A stretch of 64,000 bases of DNA, from NCBI GenBank assembly GCA_017883235.1, contig JADGNY010000011.1, positions 20 to 64,019 of the forward strand, written 5' to 3'. The position numbers and the translations under genes were made by a program. A model generated the notes under the pieces. It made no database searches. It was given only the letters and a program-made list of their open reading frames with translations, and was not told where the DNA came from. Positions 28,626 through 35,523 of this stretch are shown here, piece by piece (the first letter of the stretch is position 1; each line of letters starts with the position of its first letter). This stretch comes from Thermoanaerobaculia bacterium (GTDB lineage: Bacteria; Acidobacteriota; Thermoanaerobaculia; Gp7-AA8).

Positions 28626-29744
28626 ATGATAAACACGCAAGCCGATATTCGTGTGATTCGCCTTAGCGCGAGCGACGTCTCGCATGGGACGGACCATCTT
28701 CGTGCTTTTGAAAAACTAATTCTGACGAATGAAGATAGCTATCCGAGAATCAATAGATGGCTGCACGAAAAGGTTTTGGATGGTGTCAAGACCGGCGAAC
28801 GGGTGGCGTTCGTTGGCTACAATGGTTCACAGCCAGCCATCTCAGCAGTGGTAAAGCGCGGCAAGTGTTCGAAGTTTTGTCATCTCAGGATTGATCATGG
28901 TCTACAAAACGTCAATCTCGGCGATATGTTTTTTGCCATGATGTCGAGTGAAGTGAAGAAGTTCGCATCCGAAGTTCACTTCACACTGCCGGAGAGTTTG
29001 TGGGCTGAGAAGCGTGGTTTTTTTCAGAGCTTCGGGTTTTCTTCTGCTGCCGTCTCTCGTACGCAATATCGTCTTGGAGAAGTTGAGTTACGGTGTTCTG
29101 CTTCCTTCGAAAACGTGTGGTCAGCGACGCGTCGAAAATTGCCGAAGCTCGCACGCACTTTTCGCTCTGGTGGCTACCACCTTGAGATGCCGCTACTGAT
29201 GTCGCTCAAGCCATGTTTCGCGGAAGCTATCTTCAATGGAATGAAACGCTACGAGATACGTAAAAAGTTTTCCCGTCGATGGCTCGGAGCTCGTGCCGCG
29301 ATTCTCGCGACGCGCCCGACCAGCGCTCTTTTTGGAGAAGTGACAATTGGGACGATTCGGCATGCGCCCCCGTCAACCATTTGGAGCAGCTTCGGAGACT
29401 CGCTAGGTTGTTCCGAGTCGGAATTTGTCGATTATTGCGTTGACGCGAAGGAAGTGTTTGCTATTGAGCTAACCGAAGTAACTCCGTATCTGTTTCCAGT
29501 TCCCTTGCGGCAATTGGCCTATCTTCTGGATCGCGAGCTGCAACCGCCACAATCTTATTCTGATCTCTCTGAATCGCCATCGTGGCGCGAAGCGGTTTCA
29601 CTAGCTGCGATTCTCCACGGTAATTTGACCGTCCCTCCGAAGCTGGTGGCGCATCATCGTCTTCAAGACGTGTGGTTACCCAACGAGACAAAGACTTTGT
29701 TTGACTACGAACGGCGTCTGTCATTGTCACCGCCTGTCAGTTAA
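28626..29744 (+). CDS. GNAT-like acetyltransferase / ASCH (PUA-like) domain fusion protein
   Basis: The N-terminal ~170 aa have a GNAT-like pattern (VAFVGYNG..ISAVVKRG...LGDMFFAMM..EKRGFFQSFGF). The C-terminal part, PLLMSLKPCFAEAIFNGMKRYEIRKKF..AAILATRP..LFGEVTIGTI..IWSSFG..SESEFVDYC..VFAIEL, fits the ASCH pattern. It starts 16 nt after the previous stop and is low in GC. Confidence 0.6.
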   Translation: MINTQADIRVIRLSASDVSHGTDHLRAFEKLILTNEDSYPRINRWLHEKVLDGVKTGERVAFVGYNGSQPAISAVVKRGKCSKFCHLRIDHGLQNVNLGDMFFAMMSSEVKKFASEVHFTLPESLWAEKRGFFQSFGFSSAAVSRTQYRLGEVELRCSASFENVWSATRRKLPKLARTFRSGGYHLEMPLLMSLKPCFAEAIFNGMKRYEIRKKFSRRWLGARAAILATRPTSALFGEVTIGTIRHAPPSTIWSSFGDSLGCSESEFVDYCVDAKEVFAIELTEVTPYLFPVPLRQLAYLLDRELQPPQSYSDLSESPSWREAVSLAAILHGNLTVPPKLVAHHRLQDVWLPNETKTLFDYERRLSLSPPVS

Positions 29745-29854
29745 AGTATCTCGCCGCTTCTGTGAAAGAGAGACCACACCTCGTTGGTAAGTTGGGGTCG
29801 TATCTGGAAAATCAACTTAACGTGTCCCGGCCGGCGAAGCCGGCGTGAGAGCCG

Positions 29855-30589
29855 ATAGAGGTAGGGAGAACCCGTTAGGGCTCCCCCTCCCTCCGCACCG
29901 GACGTGCGGATCTCCCGCATCCGGCTCTCCAGTTGGCGGTCCTGTTCAGGATAGATGTACACGTGGGACTTGCATCGCGGTGAAAGAGGTCCGACGTGCT
30001 GGCTCATGCGAGCCGCTCTGTCACCAGAGTCGATCTACATCGGTTGCTCACCGGCCCTGCGCGTATGAACTCGAATTCGTCTGCTCATATCTGTCGCGTT
30101 CTAGCCTTTCGGCAATGGACGATCAGCGCGTTTCCGGCTTGCTCCCGATCCACCTTCCTGCCTCCCTTTGCTCCACGCCCGTTACGACGCTTCCTTGCTC
30201 CTATGGAGGCTCTGACTCCCGCCCGCCTTTCACTCGCGCGGAGGGGTATCCCCGATTCACGACACCTGAATCTTTCTGTCGTTCTGTGTCCAACCACCCG
30301 ATGTCTTCCCATGTCCGCTTTCCCTTCGCTCGTTTCTTCTCGCGTTCTGGGGTCGTCACCTTAGGACCGTTTCTCGTCTGCGCCCACAGGTTCTCTCGGC
30401 TTCGCCACTGGCTAGCAGGCTCGCCAAGACACCAGGCCGAATCGACTTCCTCTCGTACGGACCGACAGACTCGCCTTCCGTTGCTCCCCACCTCGCCTTC
30501 CGGCGACGCAGTTACCGTCGGCTTTCAACCAGTCGAGCGTTTGGTTGAGAGTGTTTTCACCTCCTCTTCAGATGTGCTCTCTGGCGCAC
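29855..30589 (-). mobile_element. ORF-less group II intron (IIC-like), 735 nt
   Basis: The minus strand starts GTGCGCCAGAGAGC. Near the 3' end is a domain V-like hairpin, GAGCCGGATGCGGGAGATCCGCACGTCCGGTGC (AGC triad, 2-nt bulge). It is followed by a domain VI-like stem with a bulged A (CCCTACCTCTAT) 7 nt from the end. The intron sits 3 nt downstream of the GC hairpin CCCCCGCCTGAAGGCGGGGG. Its boundaries are defined by comparison with the empty site at 31775-31825. No RT-like ORF is present; ORF 29845-30813 is antisense noise. Confidence 0.75.
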
Positions 30590-30654
30590 TAGCCCCCGCC
30601 TTCAGGCGGGGGGACACCGTGTCCCCCCAAGTTGGGAGCCCGCTTCAGCGGGCG
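30590..30654 (-). repeat. Occupied intron target: hairpin module (GCCCGCTGAAGCGGGC ... CCCCCGCCTGAAGGCGGGGG CTA)
   Basis: Reverse complement of 30590-30654. It is a paralogue of 31733-31797. Confidence 0.7.
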
Positions 30655-31019
30655 GCAGGAATCGCGCGGACGGCTCGAGGTCGTAGGTCTGTCCCGAGTC
30701 GCTTCACCGCACACCTCGGTTCCGTTTCGCCTTCCGTTCGGGTTTCTGCATTCACATGGTCTCGAGAGCGATGGTGTGGTGCCAGTCACGTCGGCGACGC
30801 GCCCTGGCCGTGATCCACTCGAGAGCTGGCCGGGTGATCATGCTGATCTGGTAGGCCACGATCTTGATCACGGCGCAACAGGCAAGCCCGCGTTCTTCGA
30901 CTACTTGGCCGCCTATCGTCGGCTCGTCGAAAAGGTTGTCCTAAAGTCTCGAGCGAGCGATTAGCCTCGGCCATCGGATGACGCTCGCTCAGGGCAGGCT
31001 GCGAGCCGGAGTAGGTTTT

Positions 31020-31086
31020 ATCTGCGTACATCTGCGCTATCTGCGGATGGATGTTTTATCCGCAGATGACGCAGATGTACGCAGAT
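31020..31086. promoter_or_regulatory. 67-bp nested palindrome (ATCTGCG repeats), possible operator of the antitoxin gene
   Basis: ATCTGCGTACATCTGCG..ATCTGCGGAT..ATCCGCAGAT..CGCAGATGTACGCAGAT, ending 40 nt upstream of the ATG at 31126. Confidence 0.4.
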
Positions 31087-31125
31087 GAGTGCCGCGTGGC
31101 TCGGGAGGGCAGGCGGGCGGCGAGA

Positions 31126-31425
31126 ATGTCGTTCATGGCACGCGACCTGGAGACGATGGTTCGTAACGCGTTGGAGCTCTCGGAGAGCGATCGGGCGACG
31201 CTGGCCCGCCTGCTGATCGAGAGCCTGGAGCCGCCGCCTGATCCCGAGGTCGAAGAGCTTTGGGCGGTCGAGGCCGAGCGTCGCTGGCAGGAGATTGAGT
31301 CGGGCGCCGTTCAGGCTGTCCCGTGGGAAGAGGTTCGTGCGCGATTGTTCGCCGGGGATGATCAGATCGGGGTTGACCCGGAAGCCGATTGTGCTCAACC
31401 GAAGAAGCGTCGCCTTGCTCGGTAG
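31126..31425 (+). CDS. Putative addiction-module antitoxin component (TIGR02574/Unstab_antitox-like), orphan
   Basis: LELSESDRATLARLLIESLEPPPDPEVEELWAVEAERRWQEIESGAVQAVPWEEVRARL is the typical pattern. No toxin ORF lies downstream. The 3' tail runs into the TAGGGCCATGGCCCTA repeat. Confidence 0.7.
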   Translation: MSFMARDLETMVRNALELSESDRATLARLLIESLEPPPDPEVEELWAVEAERRWQEIESGAVQAVPWEEVRARLFAGDDQIGVDPEADCAQPKKRRLAR

Positions 31426-31438
31426 GGCCATGGCCCTA

Positions 31439-31712
31439 TCGCGGAAGAGAAAATGCTTCTTGCAGAGGAGTTTTCGCTTCCTGCAGAGGCCGAAACTCCT
31501 CTGACAGAGCACTTTTGGCTTCTTTCAGAACACCGAAATCCTCCTCGATAGGGCCATGGCCCTACCTCAGAAGGAAACCTGTTCTGAGGGAACAAAAAAC
31601 GCTCCTCAAGAGGAGAATCTGCTTCTGCGAAAGCGAAACTGTTCTCGAAGAACGATAGACGCTCTCGAGGAACGAAGAACGCTGTCGAGGAACAAAAAAC
31701 GCTGTCGGAGCG
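31439..31712. repeat. Degenerate 20-22-nt periodic array of mini-hairpins, split by the palindrome TAGGGCCATGGCCCTA (31423-31438 and 31549-31564)
   Basis: Example units: AGAGGAGTTTTCGCTTCCTGC / AGAGGCCGAAACTCCTCTGAC / AGAGCACTTTTGGCTTCTTTC / AGAACACCGAAATCCTCCTCG. These are followed by about 7 further ~21-nt units ending ...AACAAAAAACGCTGTCGGAGC. Confidence 0.5.
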
Positions 31713-31732
31713 ACTGGCAACGGCTCTCTTTC

Positions 31733-31825
31733 GCCCGCTCAAGCGGGCTCGCGAAATGGGAGGGGATCGCGGTTCCCCCGCCTGAAGACGGGGGCTACGG
31801 TCTTACGCCGGCTTCGCCGGCGGGG
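31733..31825 (+). repeat. Unoccupied paralogue of the group II intron target (three-hairpin module)
   Basis: GCCCGCTCAAGCGGGC ... CCCCCGCCTGAAGACGGGGG CTA | CGGTCTTACGCCGGCTTCGCCGGCG. The occupied copy reads ...GGCGGGGGCTA[intron]CGGCTCTCACGCCGGCTTCGCCGGCC. Confidence 0.7.
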
Positions 31826-32138
31826 GTTGTCACGCGGAACTTGCGAGCGGAGGTAACGCCTTGCATACTCGGGATATGCCCGCCGCCGGCAAGCACTTTC
31901 TGGACGACTTCGAGTCCCTTCCCGATCCGAGAAGCGGGAGGTTCTGTCGAATCTTCTCAGGAGCTCACGGGACATCGACTACTCCGAGGTCGGTGACGAG
32001 GAGTTGGTGGCGGCTGCCGATGCGGTCTTCATCGAGTACGACCGGATGGAATGGAACGATTGAACGTGCCGAATCGCGGGGAGGACGATCCCCGTAACAG
32101 GCCGCTTGCCCCTTTGGGCGAACGGCGACAACTACTCC

Positions 32139-32327
32139 GAGGCAGTTAACTGCCTCTCGGAGGCAAATCACTGCCTCTCGGAGGCAAATCACTGCCTCCC
32201 GGAGGCCATTAACTGCCTCTCAGAGGCCATTAACTGCCTCCCGGAGGCCATTAACTGCCTCTCGGAGGCCATTCACTGCCTCCCGGAGACCGTTAACTGC
32301 CTTTCGGACACCGTTCTCTGCCTCCTG
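32139..32327. repeat. Tandem array, 9 x 21 bp of palindromic units (GAGGCAGTTAACTGCCTCTCG type)
   Basis: Nine head-to-tail 21-mers were counted. Unit 1 contains the perfect palindrome GAGGCAGTTAACTGCCTC. The array explains the N-terminal CLSEA repeats of ORF 32106-32909. Confidence 0.9.
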
Positions 32328-32375
32328 GCGGGCGACCTCGTTACAATATCCACCAAAATTGGATGCTGCCGCGGC

Positions 32376-32407
32376 CAACCGACAACCGACAACGCGGCGA
32401 AGCCGCA
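32376..32407. repeat. (CCGACAA)n + GCGGCGAAGCCGC element copy
   Basis: CCAACCGACAACCGACAACGCGGCGAAGCCGC, same as 2328-2363. Confidence 0.8.
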
Positions 32408-32426
32408 GAAAACAGGAGGCGTTACC

Positions 32427-32909
32427 TTGAATCGTCTGCTTCGCAGTCTTGCTGTGCTTCTCATCCTCACCGCTCCCGCCCTCTACGCGGCGGAGCCGAA
32501 GGAAACGATCCATGTCGTCATCACCGGGGGAGCGAATGCCGGGACGTATGACGGGACCACCGACCGCGGCGGCTGTTCGGCGGGGATGACGGGGAAGGGC
32601 TCGTGGGGGAATCAGTACTCGCTGGTGAAGGAGAACAATCCCAAGGTGTTGAACAGCCTGCAGCTCATCGTGCCGGACGCCAAGGCGGCGGCCTCGGGGA
32701 CGCACGACTTCTTCCTCAATGTCGCGTTCGGCCGAATCACGGCGCGGGTCGCGGAGTACAAGGTGGAGACGGAGAAGAAGAGCGGCAGCGGGACGGTCAC
32801 CGTCCACGACAAGGGCGCAACGGCCGTCGTGAACTTCGACGCCACCACCGCCGCGGGCGTTCATCTGGTCGGGACGATCGACTGCAAGAGCGTGCTGCGG
32901 GCGCAGTAG
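32427..32909 (+). CDS. Small secreted protein of unknown function
   Basis: TTG start 8 nt after AGGAGG (32414-32419). Signal peptide LNRLLRSLAVLLILTAPALYAAEP. The mature part is beta-rich. Confidence 0.65.
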   Translation: MNRLLRSLAVLLILTAPALYAAEPKETIHVVITGGANAGTYDGTTDRGGCSAGMTGKGSWGNQYSLVKENNPKVLNSLQLIVPDAKAAASGTHDFFLNVAFGRITARVAEYKVETEKKSGSGTVTVHDKGATAVVNFDATTAAGVHLVGTIDCKSVLRAQ

Positions 32910-33119
32910 TTTTTCACGCGGAGGCGCGGAGGGAAACAGATCGCCGATTCCCGATTTCAGCCCCGCGCTCGGCGCAGCGCGAGCGCGGGGTATCGGTGGT
33001 GATGTGGAAGCGGCCGCGGAGGCGGTCGCCACAGGTGTTGGCAAATCGCGCGTCTGGTGCGAAATGGACGGTTTGTCCCGGCCGCCTCCGCGGCCGGCAA
33101 ATTGGGTGACACGCTTTTA

Positions 33120-33420
33120 CCCCGCGCTCGCGCTACGCCGAGCGCGGGGCCTGGAGAGTGGACGGCCGCGTTAGCGGCTCAAGAAGGTAGCCAGGGGTGC
33201 GAGCGTTTTTTGCGAGCACCCCTGGAATCCGATGCGATCTGAAATCGTGCCGCGTCAGCGGCACTGGATGGAGTCCCGGTCACTCCAGTGCCGCTGACGC
33301 GGCACCAAACCACGACATCTCGTAGCCAGGGGTGCTCGCAAAAAACGCTCGCACCCCTGGCTACCATCTCTTTGCCGCTAACGCGGCAACCCCGCGTTCG
33401 CGCTGCGGCGAGCGCGGGGT
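33120..33420. repeat. ~300-bp modular long palindrome (two inverted ~150-bp elements)
   Basis: Both arms carry the same ordered modules: CCCCGCGCTCGC..GCGAGCGCGGGG, GCCGCGTTAGCGGC, GTAGCCAGGGGTGCGAGCGTTTTTTGCGAGCACCCCTGG, TGCCGCGTCAGCGGCACTGGA. The symmetry centre is near 33276. An extra module-1 copy lies at 32961-32990. Confidence 0.8.
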
Positions 33421-33514
33421 TGGATTGTAGAGCGCGCCTTCGCGCGCATCCGAGGGCTGACGTCAATCACGTTGGCTTGGGCGAGGCCCGCGTTGTGATC
33501 TCCGCGGCTTCGCT

Positions 33515-35332
33515 CTACCAATACCCCCGCTTGGCCCCAAACATCACCTCGTAAACCTTGCGCGCCCAGCTCCGTTTGCCGAACTCGACGCGGCCGGAGG
33601 ATTCCTGGGAGAGCCACTCTTTGATCGGAAGGGTGAATCCGGTCTTGCGGCGCTGGAGGACTTCGGGCGGTAGCGGGGGCCGCGGCGCGGCGGCGAGGAG
33701 TTGTTTGCCGCGCCGGCGGCGGGTGACCAGGACCGGGGCGATCTTGCGCAGAAGGTGGGCGTCGACTAGCGGGACGCGGACTTCGAGCGAATGCGTCATC
33801 GAGGCCCAATCCATATCGCGCAGAAGTTGGTTGCGGAGGTAGAGCGACGACTCCAGGGCGGCCACGCGGGCGAAGGGGTTGCCGGGGTCGGGGGTGACGG
33901 TGCGCTCGATGATCGTCAGCATGTCCAGCCGGGCCAGCCCCTCGGCGGCGATCTCGTCGCCGAGGAGTGAGGGGAGCTCCGCGGAGAGGAAGCGGCCGCG
34001 CTTGACCAGGTAGGCGCCGGCGTAGCTGCCGCCGTAGCGGACGATCTCGCCCATCTTCGGGCTGATGTGGCGGCTGCGTCTGGCCAGGGCGTCGTTGACG
34101 CGGTGCACCGCGCCGCCGAGGCCGGGGACGCGCGCCAGCACCGACGTCACCGGCATCCAGCGGGGGATGTCACGGAATGACGTATAGCCGCCGAACAGCT
34201 CATCGCCGCCGGTGCCCGACATGGCCACTTTCAGGCCGAGGTCGTGCGCGGCTTTGCTGATGAAATAGCTGTTGAGGCCATCGACGCTCGGCTGATCCAT
34301 CGCCGCAAAGATCAGCGGAAGCTCGGCGCGGAAGGCGGACAACGACAACTCCTGGATTTCATGGCGGACGCCGTATTGCCGCGCCACGAGCGCCGCCAGC
34401 GGTGCTTCGTCGTTGATGCGCCCGCGGTACTCCTCGAAGCGGAGCGTCATCGTCTGCAGATCGGTAGCGCCGCTCTCGCGCGCGAGGGCGACCACGGCGG
34501 TGGAGTCGATGCCGGCGGAGAGAAAGGCGCCGACCGGAACGTCGGCTACCATGTGATAGCGCACTGATTCGAGCACGGCGTCGTGGACGATCTCCAGCCG
34601 CTGAGCATCGGTAAACACACCGGCGCCTTCGACGGCATCGCGCAGCGTCGCGGCGATCGAGAGGTATTCGACCGGCTCCCCTATGCCGTTTCCATCGACG
34701 TATGCATACGAGCCCGCCGGCAGTGACCGGATGGCGCGATACATTGTGAAGGGTTCGGGTACCGTTCCGCGCAGAAAGAAGCCGGCGGCGCCCGCGGGAT
34801 CGAACTGTCTCGATACCTTGCCGCCCGCCGCCAGCGCGCGCACTTGCGATGCCATGCGCAGCGTCGCTCCGTCGTCGGCGTAGTAGAGCGGCTTGATGCC
34901 GTAGGGATCGCGGGCCAGCAGCATCCGGCGACGGGCGGCGTCCCAGAGCGCGAAGGCGAACATGCCGCGCAACTCGCCGAGCATCCTCTCCTGCTTTTCG
35001 TCGTAGAGCTGCAGCAGTACCTCGGTGTCGGACTGCGATGTGAAGCGGCGTCCGCGCGCTTCGAGGTGCGCGCGCAGCTCGCGGTAGTTGTAGATCTCGC
35101 CGTTGAAGGTGATGGTCAGCGGCCCGAAGTGCTTCGGCTGCGCGCCGCCGGGGGAGAGATCGATGATGGAGAGCCGCCGGTGTCCGAGCCCGACCCGGCC
35201 ATCGTCCGAGAACCATGCGTCGCCGGCATCGGGACCGCGGCTGTGCATGCACTCACGGGTGGCGATCACCTCATCGCGATCGACCGGGGGGGCGGTGTCG
35301 CGATAGGCGAAGACGGCGTTGATGCCACACAT
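33515..35332 (-). CDS. asnB: Asparagine synthase (glutamine-hydrolysing)
   Basis: Start MCGINAVF (Cys2 Ntn amidotransferase), HRRLSIIDL, PP-loop FLSAGIDST. The ATG at 35332 was verified in sequence. Confidence 0.88.
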   Translation of the reverse strand: MCGINAVFAYRDTAPPVDRDEVIATRECMHSRGPDAGDAWFSDDGRVGLGHRRLSIIDLSPGGAQPKHFGPLTITFNGEIYNYRELRAHLEARGRRFTSQSDTEVLLQLYDEKQERMLGELRGMFAFALWDAARRRMLLARDPYGIKPLYYADDGATLRMASQVRALAAGGKVSRQFDPAGAAGFFLRGTVPEPFTMYRAIRSLPAGSYAYVDGNGIGEPVEYLSIAATLRDAVEGAGVFTDAQRLEIVHDAVLESVRYHMVADVPVGAFLSAGIDSTAVVALARESGATDLQTMTLRFEEYRGRINDEAPLAALVARQYGVRHEIQELSLSAFRAELPLIFAAMDQPSVDGLNSYFISKAAHDLGLKVAMSGTGGDELFGGYTSFRDIPRWMPVTSVLARVPGLGGAVHRVNDALARRSRHISPKMGEIVRYGGSYAGAYLVKRGRFLSAELPSLLGDEIAAEGLARLDMLTIIERTVTPDPGNPFARVAALESSLYLRNQLLRDMDWASMTHSLEVRVPLVDAHLLRKIAPVLVTRRRRGKQLLAAAPRPPLPPEVLQRRKTGFTLPIKEWLSQESSGRVEFGKRSWARKVYEVMFGAKRGYW

Positions 35333-35360
35333 TGGGGCGGGAGTATACGTAGGTCTCATC

Positions 35361-35492
35361 GGAGCGCTGGCGTCCTCGCCGGCTGGCTCAGCGGCGTCTC
35401 GCCGCTGAACGGGGCGAGACTCGAGACATTTGGTCGTAACCACGGGCGGGGGCGAGACGCCCCCGCGCCAGCCGGCGAGACGCCAGCGCTCC
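35361..35492. repeat. Second copy of the GGAGCGCTGGCGTC(C)TCGCCGGCTGG-TIR MITE-like element
   Basis: TIRs at 35361-35386 and 35468-35492. The inner GGGGGCGAGACGCCCCC matches copy 15455-15580. Confidence 0.8.
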
Positions 35493-35523
35493 GGGCGCTT
35501 CGCGCTTCGCGCTTTCGCGCCGG

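Noticed and set aside
29845-30813. 322-aa ORF plus several 75-120-aa ORFs covering 29741-30964.
   Set aside because: The translations are Ser/Pro/Arg-rich nonsense. The region is explained by the group II intron RNA on the opposite strand and by GC hairpins.
30632-31031. Possible gene remnant (toxin or transposase fragment) between the intron 5' end and the ATCTGCG palindrome.
   Set aside because: All six frames were read by eye and no family motif was recognised, so it cannot be supported without a database search.
31876-32063. Possible frameshifted small gene. It reads MPAAGKHFLDDFESLPD in one frame, then EKREVLSNLLRSSRDIDYSEVGDEELVAAADAVFIEYDRMEWND in the +2 frame.
   Set aside because: The two pieces look antitoxin-like. 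However, the join requires an assumed frameshift near 31925, neither piece has a supported start, and no family could be confirmed by eye. It is noted only as a possible pseudogene.
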